A DNA stretch of 63,999 nucleotides, counting the filler, from Vicugna vicugna (lineage: Eukaryota): NCBI GenBank assembly GCA_013265495.1. It is 73 parts of 71 records of this genome, joined end to end, with 100 filler letters (N's around TTAATTAATTAA, not from the genome) between each part and the next. Parts side by side here need not be neighbours in the genome. Positions count along the whole stretch, not along the records: positions 13,235 to 13,952 come from MU059738.1; positions 14,053 to 14,573 come from PNXW01010786.1; positions 14,674 to 15,383 come from PNXW01010816.1; positions 15,484 to 16,430 come from MU059749.1; positions 16,531 to 17,712 come from MU059751.1; positions 17,813 to 18,665 come from MU059752.1; positions 18,766 to 19,438 come from MU059753.1; positions 19,539 to 20,354 come from MU059755.1; 65 more parts are not named here. One strand, given 5' to 3'. This document shows, in pieces, positions 13,235-26,638 of the stretch. The number at the start of each line of letters is the position of its first letter. The first letter of the stretch is position 1. The translations under genes were made by a program, and so were the position numbers. The notes under the pieces are model-generated. The model searched no databases. It worked only from the letters and a program-made list of their open reading frames with translations, and was not told where the DNA came from.

Positions 13235-13952
13235 CCTCCCCATATATATGTATGGAGTGGAGTTTGCAACTGAAGTGAAGCTTTGGGTTCCCTTTAAGTT
13301 ACGTGAAGGACGGCATTCACACACACATATCTCTGATAACAGAGCATGTGGAGAGACTTTCGTTCATCCATTACAAAGGGAAAGGTTTGTAGGGGAATCA
13401 CTTACTCTGGTTTCTCAGTCTGTTTTCTAGTGCCGGTTTGAAGTTCCTGCGGTTTTCACTGGAAAACCGAATTGGAGCTTATACCTCCCCATATATATGT
13501 AAGAAGTGGAGTTTGTAATTGAAGTTAAATTTTGTTTTCCCTTCATGCTTGCTGAACGACGGCTTTCACACACACTAATCACTCAGAAATGAGCATGTGG
13601 AGAGACGTTCGTTCATCCAGCACAAAGGGGACGGGTTGCAGGACAAACACTTACTCTGCTTTCTCAGTCTGCTTCCTAGTGCCGGTTTGAAGTGCCTGCC
13701 GTTTTCACTGTAAAACCGAGTTGGAGCTTGTACCTCCCCATATATATGTATGGAGTGGAGTTTGCAACTGAAAAGAAACTTTGTGTTCCCTTCAAGNNNN
13801 NNNNNNNNNNNNNNNNNNTCTCAGAACTGAGCATGTGGAAAGACGTTCGTTCATCCAGCACAAAGGGAACGGTTTGCAGGGGAAACCCTTACTCTGGTTT
13901 TTCAATGTGCTTCCTACTGCCGGTTTGAAGTGCCTGCCGTTTTCACTGTAAA
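13235..13952 (-). repeat. SatA satellite
   Basis: CTCCCCATATATATGTA repeats at ~249-bp spacing. Confidence 0.93.
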
Positions 13953-14052
13953 NNNNNNNNNNNNNNNNNNNNNNNNNNNNNNNNNNNNNNNNNNNNTTAA
14001 TTAATTAANNNNNNNNNNNNNNNNNNNNNNNNNNNNNNNNNNNNNNNNNNNN

Positions 14053-14573
14053 TAATACTTGGTTTAGAGCTAAATCCCAACTTTCCCCCGCACACCGCCC
14101 TTTTCAATCCATCATGGAACACAAGTTAAGGTATTGTATTAGAACCCAGGCGCTGCTGTTAGTGGGAAGAACCTCCCCACAGTCAAGACATCTGAACCCA
14201 ATGCCGTGTGTGTGCTGGAGGAGGGAAACAGAGTCCACGCATCTTTCTGGTCTGGAAGGTTGGGGATGTATTTAAACACTTCCACTGCTCATAGAGAGGC
14301 ACTCGCTTTTACTTTGGTTTAGTGTCCAACCACACCTTCGCTCACAGCCCGGCCTATGGAAACACTCAGGGAAGTCAAGTCAAGCCATTCTATTAGATCC
14401 CAGGTGCTGCTGTCAGTTGGAGGAGCCTCCCCACACTCAGGATACCAGAAAAGTTATTCATGTGTGTCCTCGAGGTGGGGAAACAAAGTCCACCTTTATT
14501 TATTGGATCACAGGTGTTCCCAGTTTGAGGATGTAGGTAAGCACTTCCACTGCTCATAGAGAGGCACTCGCTA
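14053..14573 (+). repeat. SatD satellite (diverged ~260-bp monomers)
   Basis: TATTAGA(A/T)CCCAGG(C/T)GCTGCTGT motif is repeated. Confidence 0.88.
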
Positions 14574-14673
14574 NNNNNNNNNNNNNNNNNNNNNNNNNNN
14601 NNNNNNNNNNNNNNNNNTTAATTAATTAANNNNNNNNNNNNNNNNNNNNNNNNNNNNNNNNNNNNNNNNNNNN

Positions 14674-15383
14674 CCATCAACATGGCATTCCGGATTCCGT
14701 ACATGCTACATACATGATATATCCGGCAAACATGAATTTCTGAGTTGTGAGCACGTGGATTACTGACCTTTAATCCACCAAACAAGGCATATATACACTT
14801 AGAAATATTTACTCTGACTTCATATATTTTTTCTATCTCAAGGTCCTAAAATCGGACATTTGGCCCCAGAAAACACACTTTGAGCGTATTCTCACCAATA
14901 CACATGTAAGTTACATTGTTTAAATAATCATGGCATTCCGTTTTATTACATTGTTTAAATAATCATGGCATTCCGTTTTCCAAACATGTTTCATGCAACA
15001 CGGATTACTCAAAGATGCATTTCTGAGTTGCGAACATGCGCATGACTGATGTTTCCAACATAAAAGTGTACCTATGCACTTTGAAATATTTACTTTGACT
15101 TCATAGTTTCTCCCTGTCACCAGTTTCAAGAATCACACTTTGATCCAAGTAAAACCCTCTTCGAGCGAATTCTACCCTAGAGATATATAATTTGAATAGA
15201 TTACTTACATGTTATTCCGTGTTATGTACATGCTACATGCATGACGGATTTGACAAACATGCATTCATGAGTCGAGAGCATGTGGATTACTGATCTTTCA
15301 TCCTCTATAAAAGGAAAACCTTTATCTAGACACGTGTGCACATTTTCAGAAGATTCCCCTAACACCAGTTTCGAGTTTGTGCA
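14674..15383 (-). repeat. SatB satellite
   Basis: SatB motifs; internal 35-bp tandem duplication at 14911/14946. Confidence 0.93.
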
Positions 15384-15483
15384 NNNNNNNNNNNNNNNNN
15401 NNNNNNNNNNNNNNNNNNNNNNNNNNNTTAATTAATTAANNNNNNNNNNNNNNNNNNNNNNNNNNNNNNNNNNNNNNNNNNNN

Positions 15484-16430
15484 TTCTGTGTTCTGCATTC
15501 TATGTTCTGAATTCTATATTCAGTATTTCGTATTATGTAATCAAAATTCTGTGTTTTCATTCCATGTTCTAAATTCTGAATTCAATATTTTTTATCCTAA
15601 ATTTTATATTTTGAGTTCTACATCCTTTATCTTAAATTCTATATTCATTATTCTTTATTTTAAATTATAANNNNNNNNNNNNNNNNNNNNNNNNNNNNNN
15701 NNNNNNNNNNNNNNNNNNNNNNNNNNNNNNNNNNNNNNNNNNNNNNNNNNNNNNNNNNNNNNNNNNNNNNNNNNNNNNNNNNNNNNNNNNNNNNNNNNNN
15801 NNNNNNNNNNNNNNNNNNNNNNNNNNNNNNNNNNNNNNNNNNNNNNNNNNNNNNNNNNNNNNNNNNNNNNNNNNNNNNNNNNNNNNNNNNNNNNNNNNNN
15901 NNNNNNNNNNNNNNNNNNNNNNNNNNNNNNNNNNNNNNNNNNNNNNNNNNNNNNNNNNNNNNNNNNNNNNNNNATTCTGTGTTCTATATTCTATATTCTA
16001 AATTCTATATTCATTAATCTGTATTCTATATTCTAAATTCTGTGTTCTGCATTCCATGTTCTAAATTCGGGCTTCTGTATTCTGTTTTCCATATTCTATA
16101 TTTGTGTTCTACATTCGATATTCTGTATAGTATATTCTGCATTTCGTGTTCTATATTCTATATTCTGTGTTCTTCAATCTATATTCTAAATTCTATATTC
16201 AGTATTTTGTGTTCTATATTCTAAATTCTGTGTTCTGCATTCATTGTTCTCAATTCAGGCTTTTGTATTCTGTTTTCCATATTCTATGTTCTGTGTTCTA
16301 CATTCTATATTCTGTATTCTATATTTTGCATTCCGTATTCTACATTTTATATTCTGTGTTCTACATTCTTTATTCTAAATTCTAAATTCAGTATTCTGTA
16401 TTCTATAATCGGAATTCTGTGTTCTGCATT
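15484..16430 (+). repeat. SatE heptamer satellite
   Basis: TTCnnnn periodicity with ~189-bp higher-order spacing. Confidence 0.92.
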
Positions 16431-16530
16431 NNNNNNNNNNNNNNNNNNNNNNNNNNNNNNNNNNNNNNNNNNNNTTAATTAATTAANNNNNNNNNNNNNN
16501 NNNNNNNNNNNNNNNNNNNNNNNNNNNNNN

Positions 16531-16806
16531 GGTAGAGGAAAAGACTTCATGCCACAGAGTTGTCCCTGCGGGAAACCCTGCGGGAAATAGCAATTTTATT
16601 CTGACAACCCGGCCTTAGAATGGGGCATAGAACTTTCAAAAAAAAGGAAAAGAAAAGAAACATACATGACAGATTGCCAACCTCCAACTAATATCCCAGC
16701 CAGGTTTATATACGTAGAAAACTTACAACTTTAATTGGGAACTAGAAAAAAAATCTCACTCTGAAAGTAACTAAGCAGGCCTGATAAAAATATTTTTTGG
16801 AATTCT
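16531..16806 (-). mobile_element. Possible ERV LTR (U3-R) fragment
   Basis: Minus-strand TATATAAA (16712-16705) followed ~105 bp later by AATAAA (16600-16595); 12-bp tandem CCCTGCGGGAAA x2. Confidence 0.4.
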
Positions 16807-17812
16807 NNNNNNNNNNNNNNNNNNNNNNNNNNNNNNNNNNNNNNNNNNNNNNNNNNNNNNNNNNNNNNNNNNNNNNNNNNNNNNNNNNNNNNNNNNNNNN
16901 NNNNNNNNNNNNNNNNNNNNNNNNNNNNNNNNNNNNNNNNNNNNNNNNNNNNNNNNNNNNNNNNNNNNNNNNNNNNNNNNNNNNNNNNNNNNNNNNNNNN
17001 NNNNNNNNNNNNNNNNNNNNNNNNNNNNNNNNNNNNNNNNNNNNNNNNNNNNNNNNNNNNNNNNNNNNNNNNNNNNNNNNNNNNNNNNNNNNNNNNNNNN
17101 NNNNNNNNNNNNNNNNNNNNNNNNNNNNNNNNNNNNNNNNNNNNNNNNNNNNNNNNNNNNNNNNNNNNNNNNNNNNNNNNNNNNNNNNNNNNNNNNNNNN
17201 NNNNNNNNNNNNNNNNNNNNNNNNNNNNNNNNNNNNNNNNNNNNNNNNNNNNNNNNNNNNNNNNNNNNNNNNNNNNNNNNNNNNNNNNNNNNNNNNNNNN
17301 NNNNNNNNNNNNNNNNNNNNNNNNNNNNNNNNNNNNNNNNNNNNNNNNNNNNNNNNNNNNNNNNNNNNNNNNNNNNNNNNNNNNAAAAAAAAAACCTGGT
17401 TTGAAAAGCTACATTTGTGTTTTTCCTTTCCCATCAATGGTTTAAGAGATGCTAATAAAAACTTAGAACAATTAATGTTAATTAGGTTGAATAACTGGAA
17501 AGAGGATGGTAAAAATTTCGATTTTTTCTTAATAAAAAAAGTTAAGGGGCTTATCCCAAATGGATAAATATTTTTATGTTGTTATTTTGAATGAGATAAA
17601 TAAAATGGACAATTTTGGATTTAGATACAAGATTTTGATACTACACTACATAAAGTTAAAAAAAAGCGCCAAAGAGATCACCTACTGCCCCCCAAAATTA
17701 AAGTTCAAACAANNNNNNNNNNNNNNNNNNNNNNNNNNNNNNNNNNNNNNNNNNNNTTAATTAATTAANNNNNNNNNNNNNNNNNNNNNNNNNNNNNNNN
17801 NNNNNNNNNNNN

Positions 17813-18665
17813 GAGAGATAAGTGTGTGTGAAAGCCGTACTTCACCTAGCTTTAAGGAAACACAAAGTTTCTTTCCGTTGCAAATTCCAATCCATACATA
17901 TATATGGGGAGGTACAAGCTCCAACTCGGGTTTACAGTGAAAACGGCAGGCACATCAAACAGGCACAAGGAAACAGACTGAGATACCAGAGTAAGGGTTT
18001 CACCTACAAACCGTTCCCTTGTGCTGGATGAACGAACGTTTCTCCACATGCTCAGTTCTGAGAGATAAGTGTGTGTGAAAGCCGTACTTCACCTAGCTTG
18101 AAGGGGACACAAAGTTTCTATTCAGCTGCAAACCGCAATCCATACATATATATGGGGAGATACAAGCTCAAACTCGGTTTTACAGTGAAAACGGCAGGCA
18201 CTTCAAACCGGCACTAGGAAACAGACTGAGAAACCAGAGAAAGGGTTTCCCCTGCAACCCGTTCCTTTGTGCTGGATGAACGAACGCCTCTCCACATGCT
18301 CAGTTCTGAGAGATAAGTGTGTGTGAAAGCCGTCCTTCACCNNNNNNNNNNNNNNNNNNNNNNNNNNNNNNNNNNNNNNNNNNNNNNNNNNNNNNNNNNN
18401 NNNNNNNNNNNNNNNNNNNNNNNNNNNNNNNNNNNNNNNNNNNNNNNNNNNNNNNNNNNNNNNNNNNNNNNNNNNNNNNNNNNNNNNNNNNNNNNNNNNN
18501 NNNNNNNNNNNNNCAACCCGTTCCTTTTGTGCTGGATGAACGAACGTCTCTCCACATGCTCAGTTCTGAGAGATAAGTGTGTGTGAAAGCCATCCTTCAG
18601 CTAGCTTGAAGGGAAAACAGAGTTTTTTTTCAGATGCAAACTCCACTCCATACATATATATGGGG
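17813..18665 (+). repeat. SatA satellite
   Basis: TCCACATGCTCAGTTCTGAG at 18043 and 18291 (248 bp apart). Confidence 0.95.
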
Positions 18666-18765
18666 NNNNNNNNNNNNNNNNNNNNNNNNNNNNNNNNNNN
18701 NNNNNNNNNTTAATTAATTAANNNNNNNNNNNNNNNNNNNNNNNNNNNNNNNNNNNNNNNNNNNN

Positions 18766-19438
18766 AAACCATCAGGGAAGACAAGCAAAGGGATTCTATT
18801 AAAAACAAGAGGTTGATATCATTTGGAGGAACTACCCCACACTCAGGACACTGGAACACAACCTTGTGTGGTGGGGAGGTTTTAAGCCCCACTGCACGCA
18901 GATGAATGGGTGCTCAGGTGTTTCCATTAATGGAGAATTCATCTAAATGCTTCCTCAGTCCATCGGGGGGCACTCGCTACTATTTGAACTCAAAGCGCAA
19001 CCCCCAGGTTTCTCTNNNNNNNNNNNNNNNNNNNNNNNNNNNNNNNNAGGGATTACAAGCTAAGGGATTCTATTAGAACCCAGCTGCTTCTGTCACCTGA
19101 AAGTGCCAGCCCACACTCAGGATACCAGAACACTTCTGCATGTGTGTTCTGGAGGTGGGGATACAGAGTCCACGCTATTTTCAAGGAGCACAGTTATTCC
19201 CATGTTGTGGGTTTTTGGTTAATATCCTCCAAATCCCATGGAGAAGCACTCGCTAATTCTTGGATTTAGAGCCCAACCCACCCTTTCCCCAGCACTCCGT
19301 ATCAGGCAAGCAAACAGGGTAGACAAGTTAAGCGATTTTATAAGAACAAAGGCCCTGCTCTCAGTTGGAGGAGGCTGCCCAATCTCAGGATAGCTGTACA
19401 AGTGTTCGTGTGTGTGCTGGAGGTGTGGAAACAGACTC
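18766..19438 (+). repeat. SatD satellite
   Basis: Repeated GACAAG(C/T)TAAG.GATT.TAT.AGAAC and CACTCAGGAT motifs. Confidence 0.88.
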
Positions 19439-19538
19439 NNNNNNNNNNNNNNNNNNNNNNNNNNNNNNNNNNNNNNNNNNNNTTAATTAATTAANNNNNN
19501 NNNNNNNNNNNNNNNNNNNNNNNNNNNNNNNNNNNNNN

Positions 19539-20354
19539 TTCCATCAACATGATATCCCGGTTTCTGTACATATTTCATGCATGATGGATTCGACAAACAA
19601 GGGTTTCTGAGTTGTGAGCATGTGGATTAGTGAACTTTCATCCACCAAACAAGGCATATATACACTTTGAATGTGTACTCTGACTTCAGAGGCTTTTTCT
19701 ATCACCAGGGACTAAAATCGGACATTTGGCACCAGAAAACACTCTTTGAGCAAATTCTCAACAATACACATGTAATTTACATTGTTTACATAACCNNNNN
19801 NNNNNNNNNNNNNNNNNNNNNNNNNNNNNNNNNNNNNNNNNNNNNNNNNNNNNNNNNNNNNNNNNNNNNNNNNNNNNNNNNNNNNNNNNNNNNNNNNNNN
19901 NNNNNNNNNNNNNNNNNNNNNNNNNNNNNNNNNNNNNNNNNNNNNNNNNNNNNNNNNNNNNNNNNNNNNNNNNNNNNNNNNNNNNNNNNNNNNNNNNNNN
20001 NNNNNNNNNNNNNNNNNNNNNNNNNNNNNNNNNNNNNNNNNNNNNNNNNNNNNNNNNNNNNNNNNNNNNNNNNNNNNNNNNNNNNNNNNNNNNNNNNNNN
20101 NNNNNNNNNNNNNNGCATTCCTGGGTTGAGAGCATGTGGATTACTGATCTTTCATCCTCTATAAATGGAATGTTTTCATCTAGACACGTGTACTCATTTT
20201 CACAAGCTTTCCATAAAACCAGGTTCTAATTCGTGCATTTTTCACAGAAAAATTCTTCCGGAGCGATTTCCATGTAATAGATATGTAATTTAAATGAATT
20301 CCATCTTTCTGCATTTTTCACAGAAAAATACTTCTGGAGCGATTTCCCCCTAAC
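19539..20354 (-). repeat. SatB satellite
   Basis: SatB motifs. Confidence 0.92.
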
Positions 20355-20454
20355 NNNNNNNNNNNNNNNNNNNNNNNNNNNNNNNNNNNNNNNNNNNNTT
20401 AATTAATTAANNNNNNNNNNNNNNNNNNNNNNNNNNNNNNNNNNNNNNNNNNNN

Positions 20455-21289
20455 AGATGAATGGAGGAAAAGGTGTTCCGTTTAGGGAGAAGTCGTCTAG
20501 TAATTCCTCAATGGATCAGGGGGCAGTCACTGCTACGTGGCCTCCAAGCCCAACCCCCAGCTTTCCCTCATGGCCTGGCCTAAAAGAACACTCAGGGAAC
20601 AGAAGCTAAGGGATACTAATAAAATCCAGGTGCTGCTGTCAGTTTGAGGAACTTCGCCACACTCCGAATACCAGAATATATCTTCGTGTGTGTGCTGGAT
20701 GTAGGGAAACAGTCAAAGCATTTTCAGGGGGCACATTTATTCCATGGTTGTGGGTTGTATGTTAAAAAAACCGATCCCATGGATAGGCTCTCGCTAATAC
20801 TTGGTTTAGAGCCCAACCCCCACTTTCCCCCACTCTCCAGCCTAGGCATGCCATCAGGGAAGACAAGCTAAGGGATTCTTTAAGAACCCAGGCGCTGCTG
20901 ACATTTGGAGGAGCCTCCCCACAATCAGGATACCTGAGCACGTCTCCGTGTGTGTGCTGGAGGTGGGGAAACAGATTCCACGCATCTTTATGGGGCACAG
21001 GTAGGGGAAGTGGTTTAAAACCCTCCACTAACCACAGAGATGCACTCGCTAATACTTGGCTTTAGAGCCCATGCCCAACCATCGCTTACTGCTAGGCCTA
21101 GGAAAACACTTAGGGAAGTCATGCTAACGGATTCTATTACAACCCAGGTGCTGCTGTCTGTTGGAGGAACCTCCCCAAACTCAGAACCCCAGAACACTTC
21201 TTCCTGTGTGTGCTGGACGTGGGGAAAGAGCAAACGCATTTTTCAGGGATCACAGTAATTCCCAAGTTTTGGGTTGTAGTTTAAACATC
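20455..21289 (+). repeat. SatD satellite
   Basis: Three monomers, 262 and 256 bp apart. Confidence 0.9.
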
Positions 21290-21889
21290 NNNNNNNNNNN
21301 NNNNNNNNNNNNNNNNNNNNNNNNNNNNNNNNNTTAATTAATTAANNNNNNNNNNNNNNNNNNNNNNNNNNNNNNNNNNNNNNNNNNNNGGCTGAAAAGA
21401 TAACAACCAGACTCATTTCCCTGACCCCCCTGCCACTAGGAGTCCGCCAGGGTACCCAGGTTCTGCCATGCAGGTAAACACGACCACGGGACTTGACAGA
21501 GAGATTAGGGGATCAGGAGGTGGCAGGCACAAGTAAGAGCGCCAGATGTTCTGCATGGAAGGTGGCAAGAGCTGTTGGTTCTGCTGGACAGCGGCAGCCA
21601 GTGTTCAGGTCCTACTCTGGGGATGGGCTACCTAAGGCCTGTGGGTCCAGCCTGGTGCATAAATCCCTTTCAAAGCAGCTGGAGTGGTTTCTAATGCTGC
21701 AGCTGAAAACCCTAAGTGAAACACAGTGTAACAAAAGACGAAGAATTTGGGTGACAAATCTCAAAAATGTACTTACATTACATTATGTGNNNNNNNNNNN
21801 NNNNNNNNNNNNNNNNNNNNNNNNNNNNNNNNNTTAATTAATTAANNNNNNNNNNNNNNNNNNNNNNNNNNNNNNNNNNNNNNNNNNNN

Positions 21890-22984
21890 ATCCTCTAAGT
21901 ACTTCCTCAGTAAATCGGGGGGCACTGGTTGCTAATTGGACTTCAAACACAACCCCCACATTCCCCCACTCTCCAGCCTAGGCATGCCATCAGGGAAGAC
22001 AAGCTAAGGGATTCTATTAGAACCCAGGCGCTGCTGTCAGTTGGAGGAGCCTCCCCACACTCAGGATACCTGAGCNNNNNNNNNNNNNNNNNNNNNNNNN
22101 NNNNNNNNNNNNNNNNNNNNNNNNNNNNNNNNNNNNNNNNNNNNNNNNNNNNNNNNNNNNNNNNNNNNNNNNNNNNNNNNNNNNNNNNNNNNNNNNNNNN
22201 NNNNNNNNNNNNNNNNNNNNNNNNNNNNNNNNNNNNNNNNNNNNNNNNNNNNNNNNNNNNNNNNNNNNNNNNNNNNNNNNNNNNNNNNNNNNNNNNNNNN
22301 NNNNNNNNNNNNNNNNNNNNNNNNNNNNNNNNNNNNNNNNNNNNNNNNNNNNNNNNNNNNNNNNNNNNNNNNNNNNNNNNNNNNNNNNNNNNNNNNNNNN
22401 NNNNNNNNNNNNNNNNNNNNNNNNNNNNNNNNNNNNNNNNNNNNNNNNNNNNNNNNNNNNNNNNNNNNNNNNNNNNNNNNNNNNNNNNNNNNNNNNNNNN
22501 NNNNNNNNNNNNNNNNNNNNNNNNNNNNNNNNNNNNNNNNNNNNNNNNNNNNNNNNNNNNNNNNNNNNNNNNNNNNNNNNNNNNNNNNNNNNNNNNNNNN
22601 NNNNNNNNNNNNNNNNNNNNNNNNNNNNNNNNNNNNNNNNNNNNNNNNNNNNNNNNNNNNNNNNNNNNNNNNNNNNNNNNNNNNNNNNNNNNNNNNNNNN
22701 NNNNNNNNNNTCATAGAGAGGCACTCGCTATTATTTTTGTTTAGTGCCCAACCCCACCTTAACTCACATCGCGGCCAAAGGAAACAATCAGGGATGTCAA
22801 TCCAAGAGATTCTATTAGATCCCAGGTGCTGCCGTCAGTTTGAGGAGCCTTCCCACACCTAGGATAGCCGAAGAGATCTTCGTGTGTGTACTGGAGTTGG
22901 GGAAACAGATCTACACATTTTGCAAGGGGCACAGGTATCCACAGGTTGTGGATTGCAGTTTAAAGACCTCCACATCCCGTGGAG
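21890..22984 (+). repeat. SatD satellite
   Basis: SatD motifs on both sides of the gap. Confidence 0.88.
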
Positions 22985-23084
22985 NNNNNNNNNNNNNNNN
23001 NNNNNNNNNNNNNNNNNNNNNNNNNNNNTTAATTAATTAANNNNNNNNNNNNNNNNNNNNNNNNNNNNNNNNNNNNNNNNNNNN

Positions 23085-23780
23085 TTCCTTCAGGATACAT
23101 GCCCAGGAGCAGGATTCCTGGGTCATATGACAAGTCTATTCCTACATATTTGAGGGAACTCAATACTGTTTTCCACAGTGGCTGCACCAAACTGCATTCC
23201 CACCAGAAGTGTAGGAGGTACCCCTTTCTCCATAGCCTCCCTAGCATTTGACTTTTGTGGATTTTTGAATGATGGCCATTATGACTGGTTTGAGGTGATA
23301 CCTCATTGTAGTTTTGATTTGCATTTCTCTGATAATTAGTGATATTGAGCATTTTTTCCTGTGCCCATTGATCATTTGTATGTCTTCCTTGGAGAATTGC
23401 TTGTTTAATTAGGTCTTCTGCCCATTTTTGGTTTAGGTTATTTGGTTGTTTCTTATTAAGTCATTTGAGCTGCTTATATATTCTGGAGATCAAGCCTTTG
23501 TCAGTTTCATTTGCAAAAATATTCTCCCATTCTGTAGGTTGTCTTTTTTTTTACTTATGGTGTCCTTTGCTGTGCAGAAGCTTGTAAGTTTCTTTAGGTC
23601 CCATTTGTTTATTCTTGCTTTTATTTCTATTGCTTGGGTAAACTGCCCTAAGGGAACATTTCTGAGATGTATGTCAGATATTTTGCCTGTATTTTCTTCT
23701 AGGAGGTATATTGTATTTTCTCTTATGTTTATCTGGCTGAAGAGACTGTCTTTATTCCATTGTATAGTCTTGCCTCCTTT
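23085..23780 (-). mobile_element. L1 ORF2 3' region fragment (disrupted)
   Basis: Translates as [14 protein letters not shown]...[12 protein letters not shown], the L1 ORF2p C-terminal domain. Confidence 0.92.
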
Positions 23781-23880
23781 NNNNNNNNNNNNNNNNNNNN
23801 NNNNNNNNNNNNNNNNNNNNNNNNTTAATTAATTAANNNNNNNNNNNNNNNNNNNNNNNNNNNNNNNNNNNNNNNNNNNN

Positions 23881-24567
23881 CCCCGGACAGGGAACACCTG
23901 TGACTGAAGAGAGCTTTGTGGAGCTTTCTGTCGATCTTCCCCACGCACTGACAATGGTTCCGGAACCCTGAGCGTGGGGAGGTTCCACCAACGGTCGGCA
24001 GCGCGTGGGTTCCAACGGAATGCCTGAGCTGGTCTCCCCTGAGGGTTTTCCTAATATCTCTGTGCCAGGGAATGCTAGGGGGTTTTGCAGGAAATCCCAG
24101 TGACAGAGGCTGCCTCCCCAAGATCAGGGAANNNNNNNNNNNNNNNNNNACTGTAGAGAGTGGAGCTGTCTCTCCAGCTCCCCCACGCACTGACAATGGT
24201 TCCGGAACCCTGAGCGTGGGGAGGTTCCACCAACGGTCGGCAGCGCGTGGGTTCCAACGGAATGCCTGACCTGAGCTCCCCTGAGGGTTTTCCTAATGTN
24301 NNNNNNNNNNNNNNNNNNNNNNNNNNNNNNNNNNNNNNNNNNNNNNNNNNNNNNNNNNNNNNNNNNNNNNNNNNNNNNNNNNNNNNNNNNNNNNNNNNNN
24401 NNNNNNNNNNNNNNNNNNNNNNNNNNNNNNNNNNNNNNNNGTTCGAACGGCTGAGCTGGTCTCCCCTGATGGTTTTCCAAATATCTCTGTGCCAGGGAAT
24501 GCTAGGGGGTTTTGCAGGAAATCCCAGTGACCGAGGCTGCCTCCCCAAGGTCAGGGAAGGGAAGGTA
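23881..24567 (-). repeat. SatC satellite
   Basis: GGTTCCACCAACGGTCGGCAGCGCGTGGG is repeated. Confidence 0.93.
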
Positions 24568-24667
24568 NNNNNNNNNNNNNNNNNNNNNNNNNNNNNNNNN
24601 NNNNNNNNNNNTTAATTAATTAANNNNNNNNNNNNNNNNNNNNNNNNNNNNNNNNNNNNNNNNNNNN

Positions 24668-25787
24668 CTTTTTTCTATATTCTAAATTCTGTGCTCTAAA
24701 TTGTATATTCATGTTCTATATTCGGTATTCTATATTTTAAATTCTGTGTTCTACTTTCTATATTCTGTATTCAATATTCTGCATTCCGTATTCTATATTC
24801 CATTTTCTGTGTTCTACATTCTCTATTCTAAATTCGATATTCAGTTTTCTGTATTCTATATTCTAAATTCTGTGATCTACATTCCATGTACTAAATTCTG
24901 GGTTCTATATTCTCTATTCTATATTCTATATTTTGTGTTCATCATTCTATATTCTATATTCTATATTCTGCATTCTGTNNNNNNNNNNNNNNNNNNNNNN
25001 NNNNNNNNNNNNNNNNNNNNNNNNNNNNNNNNNNNNNNNNNNNNNNNNNNNNNNNNNNNNNNNNNNNNNNNNNNNNNNNNNNNNNNNNNNNNNNNNNNNN
25101 NNNNNNNNNNNNNNNNNNNNNNNNNNNNNNNNNNNNNNNNNNNNNNNNNNNNNNNNNNNNNNNNNNNNNNNNNNNNNNNNNNNNNNNNNNNNNNNNNNNN
25201 NNNNNNNNNNNNNNNNNNNNNNNNNNNNNNNNNNNNNNNNNNNNNNNNNNNNNNNNNNNNNNNNNNNNNNNNNNNNNNNNNNNNNNNNNNNNNNNNNNNN
25301 NNNNNNNNNNNNNNNNNNNNNNNNNNNNNNNNNNNNNNNNNNNNNNNNNNNNNNNNNNNNNNNNNNNNNNNNNNNNNNNNNNNNNNNNNNNNNNNNNNNN
25401 NNNNNNNNNNNNNNNNNNNNNNNNNNNNNNNNNNNNNNNNNNNNNNNNNNNNNNNNNNNNNNNNNNNNNNNNNNNNNNNNNNNNNNNNNNNNNNNNNNNN
25501 NNNNNNNNNNNNNNNNNNNNNNNNNNNNNNNNNNNNNNNNNNNNNNNNNNNNNNNNNNNNNNNNNNNNNNNNNNNNNNNNNNNNNNNNNNNNNNNNNNCT
25601 GTGTTCTGCATTCCATGTTCCAAATTCTGGGTTCTATATTCTCTATTCTATATTCCATATTCTGTGTTCTACATTCTATATTCCAAATTCTATATTCAGT
25701 ATTCTGTATATTATATTCCAATTCTGTATTCTGCACTCCATGTTCTAAATTCTGTGTTTTACATTCTATATTCTGTATTCAATATTC
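24668..25787 (+). repeat. SatE heptamer satellite
   Basis: TTCnnnn periodicity. Confidence 0.92.
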
Positions 25788-25887
25788 NNNNNNNNNNNNN
25801 NNNNNNNNNNNNNNNNNNNNNNNNNNNNNNNTTAATTAATTAANNNNNNNNNNNNNNNNNNNNNNNNNNNNNNNNNNNNNNNNNNNN

Positions 25888-26538
25888 AAATATAGATTTT
25901 TTTTCTTTCTTTTTTTTCTTCGTTATTCTTAGTATGTGTTGGAGCCTACAGTCAGTCTAAAGGAAATAGATATAGTAATGGGTTGATATATTTGAAGAAT
26001 AAGGTAACCACAAATCAAAAGCATACAATAGAGTCACAAAAAAACCAAAAAGAAACAAAATCAAAATGGCTTAAAGACTTAAATATTAAACAAGACACTA
26101 TAAACTTCCCACAAGGAAACATAGGCAAAACATTATTTGACACACATCTCAGCAATGTTTTCCTAGGGCAATCTCAGCAACCCAAGCAACAGAAATAAAA
26201 GCCAAAATAAATAAATGAGACCTAATTAAACTTATAAACTTCTGCACAGCAATAGAAACCATAAGTAAAACAAAAAGACAACCTATGGAATGGGAGAAAA
26301 TATTTGCAAAAGATGAGACTGACCATGGCTTAATTTCTAGACTATATAAATAGTTCATACAACTGAATAAGAAATAAATAAACAACCAAAACTGAATAAG
26401 AAATAAATAAACAACCAAATCCAAAAATGGGCAGAACAACTAAACAAGCAATTCTCCTATGAAGACACACAAATGGCCAATAGACATATAAAGAAATGCT
26501 CAATATCGCTCAATTATCAGAGAAATGCAGCTCAAAAC
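25888..26538 (+). mobile_element. L1 fragment, inter-ORF spacer apparently joined to ORF2 3' region
   Basis: SKWLKDLNIKQDTI and [14 protein letters not shown]2-like segments follow a spacer-like segment. Confidence 0.85.
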
Positions 26539-26638
26539 NNNNNNNNNNNNNNNNNNNNNNNNNNNNNNNNNNNNNNNNNNNNTTAATTAATTAANNNNNN
26601 NNNNNNNNNNNNNNNNNNNNNNNNNNNNNNNNNNNNNN

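Noticed and set aside
24004..24020. CENP-B-box-like TTCCGTTGGAACCCACG in SatC
   Set aside because: Only 5 of the 9 essential positions match and the GGG of the CGGG half is missing. Most monomers read TTAGAA.
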